Below are positions 1 through 7,406 of a DNA stretch of 32,000 bases, one piece after another. The notes below the pieces were generated by a model. That model did not search any database. It saw nothing but the letters and a program-made list of their open reading frames with translations, and was not told the DNA's origin. Source of the DNA: an uncultured Chloroflexia bacterium (GTDB lineage Bacteria; Chloroflexota; Anaerolineae; Anaerolineales; Anaerolineaceae); the NCBI GenBank assembly GCA_963704755.1, contig OY969938.1:1140001-1172000 (forward strand), in the 5' to 3' direction. A program made the translations under genes and the position numbers. Every line of letters begins with the position of its first letter. The stretch's first letter is position 1.

Positions 1-996
1 ATCCGGCTTACGAAGAATGGACCCCAGGATGACGAACACCTCGCCAAAAAATCCGTGGATGCTCTCCAGCGAACGGTCCCAGGCGCGCATGGTGGTTGCT
101 ATCTGAGAGGCGCTTTCGGCCCCAAAAAGGCCCGAGGAAGCGGCCCAAATTACAAAAAAGATCAACACCGGGATCACAAAGACCAGATGAGAAATTTTTG
201 GCCGGCGAGAAGGCATGGTAATCAATACGCCAATGACCACACCCACGATCACTGCAACCAGGATGGAGAAAAGAACCAGCCAGATGTGGTTCATCATCAA
301 TTCTTGCAGATAGCCCCCACGCCATTGCGCGGAAAGGAAGGTCCACATACGGGTAATCAGGGTCTCCTGATGGGTTGTGAACATGATCGTCACCCGGACC
401 GCTGCGTATATTCCGGCCAGGACACCCAATGCATACAGTCCGCGGGTCGCTTTGACATTATAAATCACACTCAAGGCAAACAGCAGCAGACCGGCCCCAT
501 AAACCGCCAGCAGCAACAAGATTACCCCCAGGATACCGGTCAGGCTAAGTGGATTAAAAATGGCGCTCGCATCAAATCCAAAGGCTGAGCGGAGCGCCAA
601 CAGCAGCAACAGTACCGTTCCCAACGGTGTAAGCAATGCAGCGAGCAAAGCACATTGGTCCGGGTAGGTTCCTGCACCTCCAAATAATTTCATTACTCCT
701 AATAGCAGCAAATTGAACGTATAAAAACTGCCAACGATTAAAACGTAGCTGAACAGGATACCGATTACAACGTTTTGATGGCCAACTATTAGGGGGGTGT
801 TTCCGACTGTATTTGCATACAAACCAACGAGTAATCCAAATATGCTTACCCCCAGGAATGTTTTAAGAAAATTAGCTTTTGAAATTTGATCGAGATATTC
901 TTCCCGGTTGGGCCTGGTCAAGACCTGTATCCAACCGTCGAACATTCCACTCAAAAGCGTTGGCGGGCTTTGCTCAAGTTGTACTTCTCTAGGCAT
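1..996 (-). CDS. Multi-pass membrane protein with Yip1-like N-terminal region; partial, 3' end runs off the window
   Basis: Minus-strand frame is open for all 332 codons from ATG 996..994 to position 1 (checked triplet by triplet; no TTA/CTA/TCA in register). In-frame stop lies immediately upstream (997..999) and AAGGAGA about 5 nt upstream. Absent from the ORF track because there is no stop in the window. Translation begins MPREVQLEQSPPTLLSGMFDGWIQVLTRPNREEYLDQISKANFLKTFLGVSIFGLLVGL, followed by several hydrophobic helices. Confidence 0.7.
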   Translation of the reverse strand, partial: MPREVQLEQSPPTLLSGMFDGWIQVLTRPNREEYLDQISKANFLKTFLGVSIFGLLVGLYANTVGNTPLIVGHQNVVIGILFSYVLIVGSFYTFNLLLLGVMKLFGGAGTYPDQCALLAALLTPLGTVLLLLLALRSAFGFDASAIFNPLSLTGILGVILLLLAVYGAGLLLFALSVIYNVKATRGLYALGVLAGIYAAVRVTIMFTTHQETLITRMWTFLSAQWRGGYLQELMMNHIWLVLFSILVAVIVGVVIGVLITMPSRRPKISHLVFVIPVLIFFVIWAASSGLFGAESASQIATTMRAWDRSLESIHGFFGEVFVILGSILRKPD

Positions 997-1491
997 CTAT
1001 TCTCCTTTCGAATAATAATTAAGTCAAAATATTGGCACGCAGATATACCATAGAGTACGATCGGGAAAAATTTGTCCGTGGCCTGGCCAAATTAAAATAG
1101 CAGCCACTTCCCATTCGTTTCGAAATGGAATCTTCGCTCTAAAAAACAGCAATCCAACTGAGCGATTGCTCCAAACTATGTCCCTCTACCGAAGAGGCTG
1201 GAGCATTGAAACGAGTAAGGTCACTTTATGGGTTCACCGAATTGCCAAACAAACCACAATGGCCTTATACGTCAGCAGGACACAAATACACCCCGGTACC
1301 AATAACCGTATGTGCCCTAAAATGTGTCCATCCGTAAAAGTTTTTAGAACAATTACAAAAATAATTATACACTGTTTTTTAGGGGTGCCAGGGGATAGAA
1401 AAGAGAGAGTAGAGAGTAGAGAGTAGATGATTAGTCTAAAAAGAAGGCAATAAGTCGACAAGGCAACGAGGGGCACAGGGAAGGTTCGAAA

Positions 1492-2028
1492 ATGCCTCCC
1501 CCATTGTTCTGCCCGGTCTCCAGACCGAGGCCGCTCTTCAACTTGACAAGGAAATTCTAACCAGGCAGGAAAATGCCTCCCCCATTGTTCGGCCCGGTCT
1601 CCAGACCGAGGCCGCTCTTCAACTTGACAAGGAAATCCTAACCAGGCAGGAAAATGCCTCCCCCATTGTTCGGCCCGGTCTCCAGACTTTGGAAAGGCGT
1701 TAGGAAGACGCCCCTCCCATTGTTCGGCCCGGTCTCCAGACCGAGGCCGCTCTTCAACTTGGCAAGGAAATCCTAACCAGGCAGGAAAATGCCTCCCCCA
1801 TTGTTCGGCCTGGTCTGCAGACTTTGGAAAGGCGTTAGGAAGATGCCTCCCCCATTGTTCGGCCCGGTCTCCAGACCGAGGCCGCTCTTCAACTTGGCAA
1901 GGAAATCCTAACCAGGCAGGAAAATGCCTCCCCCATTGTTCGGCCTGGTCTGCAGACTTTGGAAAGGCGTTAGGAAGATGCCTCCCCCATTGTTCGGCCC
2001 GGTCTCCAGACCGAGGCCGCTCTTCAAC
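1492..2028. repeat. Composite tandem repeat: 8 copies of a 34-nt core with two alternating invariant linkers
   Basis: Core ATGCCTCCCCCATTGTTCGGCCCGGTCTCCAGAC starts at 1492, 1573, 1654, 1708, 1789, 1843, 1924 and 1978. Linkers are either 47 nt (CGAGGCCGCTCTTCAACTTGRCAAGGAAATCCTAACCAGGCAGGAAA) or 20 nt (TTTGGAAAGGCGTTAGGAAG). This gives 81- and 54-nt periods and a 135-nt higher-order unit from 1654 onward. Confidence 0.95.
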
Positions 2029-2651
2029 ACCCATCGGGAATGTAATCCAGCAATTTGTAGATGCGTTTTTTCAACCAAGCCCCACTTTCCTTCGACTCTG
2101 GGTGTAGGAGAGTGGCCCACGCAAATGGGTCTTTGCGTATCTGCCGGTCCGGCCAGGCTCTTGGGGTTTTATCCGGCATGAATGCCGGCCAGGCCCAGAC
2201 AGCGACTAAAGTCGCGGCTACAAGAACACAAAGCCCGGCCTTCGCCGGGCTGCCATTTGGCTCGGGTAGCTCGGGTTTCCAACCCGAGAAAGCGCGAGCC
2301 GGGGAACATTCCGTCTATGGGACCAGCGGCCGCCGGAAGAGAGACCCACGCAGGTGGGTCTTTGTGTGTTTGCAGGTGCAGCTTTAGCTGCTTTCGAACC
2401 CCGGCCCGCGAGCGAACAGACAACCAATTTTCGAGCATCCTCGAAGCGCATATAATAATTCTGGAACGCCTCGGATTCAGAAACACAGCCTGCGTCAAGG
2501 CTTATCCAGAAGTAAATCGAGGGTTTTTCATGCGTTGTAACAGGAGGCGGACGGGGTATTGGCTGCAAAATCGTCGAACGGCTGCTCGCAATCGTCTACG
2601 TTCTTTCTAACCAAGCCAGCCGGGCAGTAGCAGGCGCGCGGCCTGGATTAA

Positions 2652-2721
2652 GTTGAAGCGGGGATTTTATAGTTTTTTGGTGTGCGAATCACACCAAAAA
2701 CTATAAAATCCCCGCTTTAAC
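2652..2721. repeat. Long inverted repeat (about 32-bp stem hairpin, loop CGAAT), possible terminator
   Basis: Arms 2652-2684 and 2690-2721 pair with one bulged T and one G-T. T6 run follows on the plus strand at 2726-2731. Lies 14 nt beyond the stop of the 2735..4843 gene. Confidence 0.85.
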
Positions 2722-2734
2722 CCGAATTTTTTCT

Positions 2735-4843
2735 TCACGGCACCACCACGCTCTCCACGATATCCTGGATCTCTTGAGGGGCCGAATCCACCTTCTCGAC
2801 CAGGGTCACCGTGGTGGTCCGGCTGTTTTGCGCGCCCCCATCGGCCAACAGCCAGTAGGTCTGGTCCTCGACCTGCTGGCCGCTCGCCAGGTTGATCCAC
2901 ACCCGCTCGCCGGTGCCGGAAAAAGCGTGCTCCTCGCCGGGGTTTTGGATCGGCGATGGGAAGAAATTCTGGATCGTCACCAGCAGGCAGGCGCTGCCGT
3001 CGTCACAGGTTGTCTGCTCCTGCTGCACCTGCGTGGCCCCATCCTGCAGCGCCGCAGCCAGGGTGCGCGTGAGCAAATCCAGCGAAAGGCGGTAGGCAGG
3101 CGCATCGCTGAACCCCGAATTGCCATACGTAATGTTGACGGAATAATTCCCGATCGTTGCCGCTTCCTGGAGGATCTGCCCGGTATCATCCCGGTCCTGG
3201 GTCACCCTGCGGGTGACATAACCGACCGCATCGATCTCCGTCCAATATTCGCTGGTCATGTGCGCCGGCGGGAAATCCATGTCGGATCGCGGATTGCCCG
3301 TGACCTCCACCACCTCGTGGACCCAGCCTGGCCCTTTAAGAAGCGACTCGTCGAACTGCTGGGCCAGCCGCTGTACTTCCAGGTAAAGCGGGTCACTGAT
3401 CTGGGCCGTGGGTGTCACGACCACCGTCCAGGTTGGCCGCGGGGTGGCGCTGGGCAAGGCTTCCACCGGCTGAGGCGCTGCCGGCGGCTGCCAGGTGATC
3501 TGCCAGGGACCCTCGGCGGTGTAATTGATCCGCGAAAGCTGCACGACGAAGGGATGGTCGGGGATTTGCGAAAAGGTCAGACCAGCGACCAGGTTCCCGC
3601 TTTCACGGGAGGTGGTTCCACCCGAGCCGGTCAGGAGCGGGTCGGTCGTGTAAAACATCATGCCGGTGGCGGGTCCAGCGCTCTCAGCCGCGAAATCGAA
3701 CTCGGTTGCGCTGGCCAGGGTAGCCTGCACGATCTTGAGCGTATACCCGCCCGCGCTCAAGGTCTGGTCCAAAGGCCAGGTCTGCCCCACCTGTGGATTG
3801 GGCCCGGGGTCGAAGGTAAAGCTGGGACTATTGGGCGAGAAATCCATAAACATAGGCAGCTTATCACCAATCGGGAAGGAAACGACCTGTAAAATCAGGC
3901 GCTCGTCTCCACGAAAGGGAATGGTTTGATAGATGCGCGTATCCTGGTCGGTGGCTGTCGCGGGCGTGATGTCCGTCAGCGGGTAAACCTTGCCATTCTC
4001 TCCGCGCAAGGTCATATTCCAGGGGCCATTTATCCAGATACCGGCTTGGTCTTTTTGTAAAGACGCCTGAAAAACCGTTTTTTGCGGGTCCTGGGCGATG
4101 TGATCCAGCACCAGCGAAACGCCACCGTGGCTTTCGCTGTGCAATTGCTGGCCCTCCTGTGGAGGTGAAGGGATGATCTCCCCGGCCTCGATCGGGCGCA
4201 GGGACAATGCCAGGCTAAAATCTTGTCCGCCTAACCCCTCAATCAAGAGCAGCGGGTTTTGCGGCTGCCCCTCGAGCGTGGGGAAAGAGAAACTGAACAA
4301 CGTAGCGCCATTTCCGCCATCGGAATTTTGGCCCTGCAGGAAACCAACCTTTTGCCCATCCGGCAATTCGATGGTGGCTTGTGGAAAGTCGTGCAGGTCC
4401 GGGCTGGCCGAGGAGCTAAACTCGACCCAAAAGCGCTGGTCGTCACTGACCGCGTGCACCACCTGTACCGTGACCTCGCCAACCGTTGCTTCACCCGGCT
4501 CGGCCAGCACCAGGACCGTTCCATTCCCGGAGGTAAACCCAAAACCGGGAACGAATCCGGCCGCCCGGCCGATCGCATAAACCACGCCGGTCAAAGCTAA
4601 CAGAGCCAGGATTGCGGCAATTACAGCCAAAAGTGGACGGGCGCGTAAAGACTGCATGAGTGACCTTCCTTTTAAAGGGTTCTGCCCCAACGAATGACGT
4701 CCGGGGTTGGCTGCCTCATGATGGCGCTGGTATAGCTGCGTTTCCAGGCGGCCGGCGAAATCCGGATCCGGTATCGGCCCGCCGTAATACCCTTCCAGCG
4801 CAGATTCTAAGCGGGGTGGAAGAGACAAATTTATTTCATCCAT
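2735..4843 (-). CDS. Membrane-anchored protein co-transcribed with ECF sigma (putative anti-sigma factor with about 600-aa extracytoplasmic region)
   Basis: ATG at 4843 (MDEINLS...) overlaps the sigma stop by 8 nt (ATGGATGA). Single TM helix ARPLLAVIAAILALLALTGVVYAIG sits after about 95 cytoplasmic residues. The ORF-track start at 4942 would overlap the sigma gene by 107 nt. No zinc-finger anti-sigma motif seen, so the function is inferred from position. Confidence 0.75.
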   Translation of the reverse strand: MDEINLSLPPRLESALEGYYGGPIPDPDFAGRLETQLYQRHHEAANPGRHSLGQNPLKGRSLMQSLRARPLLAVIAAILALLALTGVVYAIGRAAGFVPGFGFTSGNGTVLVLAEPGEATVGEVTVQVVHAVSDDQRFWVEFSSSASPDLHDFPQATIELPDGQKVGFLQGQNSDGGNGATLFSFSFPTLEGQPQNPLLLIEGLGGQDFSLALSLRPIEAGEIIPSPPQEGQQLHSESHGGVSLVLDHIAQDPQKTVFQASLQKDQAGIWINGPWNMTLRGENGKVYPLTDITPATATDQDTRIYQTIPFRGDERLILQVVSFPIGDKLPMFMDFSPNSPSFTFDPGPNPQVGQTWPLDQTLSAGGYTLKIVQATLASATEFDFAAESAGPATGMMFYTTDPLLTGSGGTTSRESGNLVAGLTFSQIPDHPFVVQLSRINYTAEGPWQITWQPPAAPQPVEALPSATPRPTWTVVVTPTAQISDPLYLEVQRLAQQFDESLLKGPGWVHEVVEVTGNPRSDMDFPPAHMTSEYWTEIDAVGYVTRRVTQDRDDTGQILQEAATIGNYSVNITYGNSGFSDAPAYRLSLDLLTRTLAAALQDGATQVQQEQTTCDDGSACLLVTIQNFFPSPIQNPGEEHAFSGTGERVWINLASGQQVEDQTYWLLADGGAQNSRTTTVTLVEKVDSAPQEIQDIVESVVVP

Positions 4844-5405
4844 TTTCTTCCTCCCAGTTTGCGCGCAAATAGTCGAGTGTGCGATAGAGCGCCATCTTGA
4901 CTGCCGCCTCGCTGCGTCCCTCGACCATGGCAATTTCGGCAAAACTCAACCCGGCCGAAAAGCGTAAGCGCAGCAGTTCCTGGCGGTCTTCGGCCAGCCC
5001 GGAGAGCAGGACTTGCAGCCGGCGGGCATCCTCACCCCGCTCGACGGCGGCCAGCAAGCCGGGCTCGGCTGCCGGTGGATCACCCAACGGATTCAACGGG
5101 CGCCGGCGGTAATAATCAACCAGCCGCCGGCGGGCAATAGTAAACAACCAGGCCGCAAAACATCCGCCCGCCCGGTAATGGTAGCTCTTCAACCCTTCGA
5201 GCGCCTCGATGAAGACCTGGGCTGTCAGGTCTTCTGCGTCGTGGACGTTGCCCGAGCGCCGGTAAAGGTAGCGGTAAAGTGGTGTCAGGTAGCGCCGGTA
5301 TAGGTCCGCAAAGGCCTGGGGGTCTTCACGGGCTTTTTCCACCAGGGCAGTCTCCTCCGCGGTGCTCGTCTCGTCTATAGATCTTTCTCGGCCGGGTTTA
5401 TCCAT
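4836..5405 (-). CDS. ECF-type RNA polymerase sigma-70 family factor
   Basis: Region 2 (DAEDLTAQVFIEALEGLKSY, FAAWLFTIARRRLVDYYRR) and region 4 HTH (LSFAEIAMVEGRSEAAVKMALYRTLDYLR). 189 aa is typical ECF size. Confidence 0.92.
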   Translation of the reverse strand: MDKPGRERSIDETSTAEETALVEKAREDPQAFADLYRRYLTPLYRYLYRRSGNVHDAEDLTAQVFIEALEGLKSYHYRAGGCFAAWLFTIARRRLVDYYRRRPLNPLGDPPAAEPGLLAAVERGEDARRLQVLLSGLAEDRQELLRLRFSAGLSFAEIAMVEGRSEAAVKMALYRTLDYLRANWEEENG

Positions 5406-5486
5406 GGAGTGCCAGTTGAAAATGATGTAAGGTGTTGGCTTGCTTTACATAATGGAACGGTACTACTCAACCAAGCGAGGTTGAAC

Positions 5487-5551
5487 CCTGAAATTGAGGG
5501 GATCACCGGGGCGAAGCCCCGGTAATCCCCTCAATTTCAGGAATTTTTTTT
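5487..5551. repeat. Long inverted repeat (26-bp stem, 1 mismatch, GCGAAGC apex) followed by T8
   Basis: Arms 5487-5512 and 5516-5541, T8 at 5544-5551 on the plus strand. Outer arm GAAATTGAGG (5490-5499) is shared with the hairpin at 29821-29871. Confidence 0.85.
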
Positions 5552-5662
5552 ACCGGTTTCAACGGAGCTTCTCACCAGATTCATCGGCGAAACGTGGAAA
5601 AAGTAACAAAAATTTATCGCCGGCTTTCGCCGGCCGAGACCAGCTCAAATGGGCGATCCGTG

Positions 5663-6340
5663 CTAATATTTGGGTTTTTCGGGCGGCATGGGGGTCGCGT
5701 TACAGCCGATCACCTTGATGTTATTGAGCATGGCCGCAAAATCATCCAGCACGCCATCTTCTTTTAGTTTTGACCCGTCCGTGAAAGCGCCGCTGCCGGT
5801 CAAGCTGATCCCCAGGGGGTCATCGTTTTGAATGGTATAGGCCGCGAGCTGGGCTTCCCCTCCATCCGGCCCGCTGATCAGGTATATTTTGGCTTCGGGC
5901 AGGGTATCCAGCAGTTCGAACGTGATTCCATTGTTTTCCCATATTTTTTCAATGGCTTTCGTCCAGCTCTTCAAAGTCGGGTTCTGGACAAAGGCCTGGT
6001 ATTGGGCCACGCTACTGCCGGTATGCGCCTGCTGCTGGAAACGATAGTTCAGCACCTGCAAGGTGATCTGGTCATTTTCATCCTGCGAATCGGGCAGGGT
6101 AAACGTACAGCACTGCGATTCAGTTGGTTTCCAGGTCCGCGGACGGGGGATCTGGTAGCTGCACAAACCGTCATCTTGCAAGATCCCATGGACGCTATCC
6201 AGGCTTTCAGACGTCGGAGTAGGGGGAACGATCCGGGAGCTCACCGCCGAACATCCGGCCAGCAGCAAAGCCAGCAGAGCCAGGATGGACACAAGGGTTA
6301 CCGAAAGCCAATCCCCTTTGAAACCCCCTGTTCTTTTCAT
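5663..6340 (-). CDS. Lipoprotein of unknown function
   Basis: Signal peptide with lipobox LLLAGC-S (SILALLALLLAGCSAV). GGAGAGGAGG RBS upstream of the ATG. Confidence 0.8.
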   Translation of the reverse strand: MKRTGGFKGDWLSVTLVSILALLALLLAGCSAVSSRIVPPTPTSESLDSVHGILQDDGLCSYQIPRPRTWKPTESQCCTFTLPDSQDENDQITLQVLNYRFQQQAHTGSSVAQYQAFVQNPTLKSWTKAIEKIWENNGITFELLDTLPEAKIYLISGPDGGEAQLAAYTIQNDDPLGISLTGSGAFTDGSKLKEDGVLDDFAAMLNNIKVIGCNATPMPPEKPKY

Positions 6341-6453
6341 CGCATCCTCCTCTCCGATAACATCCTGCTCTTACGAGGATCATCCCCTGCGGGCCGGCAC
6401 AAGTCTGGCCTGCAGGGGAATTTATTTTTTACTAGAAATTCACCGGAAGGAAA

Positions 6454-6849
6454 TTACTTGCTGGTGCTTACCACCGTGCTGCGATAAAACAGCGGCACGA
6501 TTTCCTTGCTCCCGGTTGGAATGTGCAGAAGCTCGCCGCGGAAAAGGATGCTGGCATCTTTGACCTGCGGATTGGCGCCTTGCAGTTTTTCGACCGTCAG
6601 GCCGTAGGCCTTTGCGATGCTGTCCCAGGTATCGCCGTTGGAAACCAGGTAAAGCCGGTCAGCGCGGGTGATGGTGATCCCATCCCGCTCGAGCTGCCAG
6701 ACGTACAGGCGGGTAGTTTTGTCGTTCAGCCGGTCGCTCTTCGAAGTCGAGTCCGCCAGGGCCGGGCCGGTCAGCATCAGTGTAGTGGCCAGGACGCCCA
6801 ACAGTACGAGCATCGAAACCAGCGGATTTAAGAATTTGTTGCGTTTCAT
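6454..6849 (-). CDS. Secreted LysM domain protein
   Basis: Start moved to MKRNKF (AGGAGA 7 nt upstream). Signal peptide ends ...LTGPALA. C-terminal LysM-like segment YLVSNGDTWDSIAKAYGLTVEKLQGANPQVKDASILFRGELLHIP. Confidence 0.82.
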   Translation of the reverse strand: MKRNKFLNPLVSMLVLLGVLATTLMLTGPALADSTSKSDRLNDKTTRLYVWQLERDGITITRADRLYLVSNGDTWDSIAKAYGLTVEKLQGANPQVKDASILFRGELLHIPTGSKEIVPLFYRSTVVSTSK

Positions 6850-7338
6850 ATTTTTGTCTCCTAACAAAGTGTGGATTTCTTCCACAGGTAAAGGTCGAAA
6901 TCAAGTGAAATTGTTTAGCGTGCTGAACTTATTTAATGGCTTTTTGCCTCCTTTTGAACGGTGCGTATGAATTTCCCCCTCCAAGCCGTAGGTGAACAAA
7001 CCCTACCTTCATCGAAAAAGGCTTTCGGGAAGTTTTCTTCTCCAATTGAGTTGGTAACTTTTAGTAGGCTGGCAAATATTCCGTCTGCCGCGAGCGGGAA
7101 AAATCCATACGAACAATAATAAGACGCCGGATGCTATCGCTTAGTTCCATAATCGAGCCTCTTTTTACCAAATGATTCGCGAACCCGATGATTAAACAGG
7201 TTTACCGATACGTTTTACTGCGGGTACACTTCAGGCTTTTTAAATAGTGACCAGATTTACGCGCACGCCCCAGTTAGCGGAGCAAATCCTTGTATTGTAT
7301 ATATCGTAGAATTCCTGAAAAGGTGACATTAAACCGCC

Positions 7339-7385
7339 AAAAGACCTGCGGAAGCTCGACCAAAGTGAGCCTTCGAAGGTCTTTA
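7339..7385 (-). terminator. Possible terminator of the trp operon
   Basis: On the minus strand AAAGACCT...AGGTCTTTTGG forms an 8-bp outer stem around an imperfect inner hairpin, ending in TTTT. It lies about 22 nt after the trpA stop. Confidence 0.35.
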
Positions 7386-7406
7386 AGCGGATTTATCTTC
7401 CGTCGT

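Noticed and set aside
1166-1426. 86-aa plus-strand ORF in the AT-rich region upstream of the first gene.
   Set aside because: It has no RBS and an implausible composition. It lies in a probable promoter or non-coding region and ends inside the GA-rich simple sequence.
1492-2028. Possible CRISPR array (34-nt repeats with regular spacing).
   Set aside because: The intervening sequences are not unique. Only two linker types occur, each repeated nearly identically, so this is a nested tandem repeat. No cas genes or leader-like features are in the window.
1234-2034. 266-aa minus-strand ORF (VEERPRSGDRAEQWGRH... repeats), and the 70/85-aa ORFs overlapping the array.
   Set aside because: All repeat periods are multiples of 3, so any stop-free frame stays open across the array. 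The composition is Trp/Arg/Cys-rich and unlike real proteins. The ORF tail runs into AT-rich non-coding DNA, and there is no RBS.
2040-2650. Known structured RNA (tmRNA, RNase P RNA, SRP, 6S) in the hairpin-dense tract.
   Set aside because: I looked for GGAAAGTCCGG (RNase P), a tmRNA tag ORF ending in hydrophobic Ala-rich residues with a 3' CCA-type acceptor, and the SRP GGAA/AGCA apical motif. None was found. The overlapping 108-142-aa ORFs on both strands are Arg/Gly/Pro-rich shadows.
2774-3892. Long antisense or alternative-frame ORFs inside well-supported genes. Examples: 2774..3892(+), 5828..6487(+), 7560..8243(+), 8372..9517(+), 8050..8640(-), 10116..10679(+), 13006..13683(+), 15098..15877(+), 18669..19358(+), 24555..25034(+), 26082..26672(+), 26135..26653(-), 28442..29149(+).
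   Set aside because: These are typical high-GC shadow ORFs. They fully overlap genes with clear family motifs on the other strand or frame, have Arg/Gly/Pro/His-rich composition, and show no RBS and no recognisable motifs.
5454-5482. ECF-like promoter GGAAC-N17-CGA next to the ECF sigma gene.
   Set aside because: It lies on the plus strand, pointing away from the sigma gene and straight into the 5487 hairpin. This is the wrong orientation for autoregulation, and the -10 part is weak. It is probably chance.
6850-7406. c-di-AMP (ydaO-type) or other riboswitch in the 550-bp ORF-free region upstream of the LysM gene.
   Set aside because: Cell-wall/LysM genes are often ydaO-regulated, so I read the minus strand for the GGGGACCC / GGGGUGAAUCC / ACCCGAACCCGUCAGCUAAC pattern. 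Only scattered fragments (GGTAGGG, GCGAATC, GCTAAC) occur, and in the wrong order. An Infernal scan would settle it.
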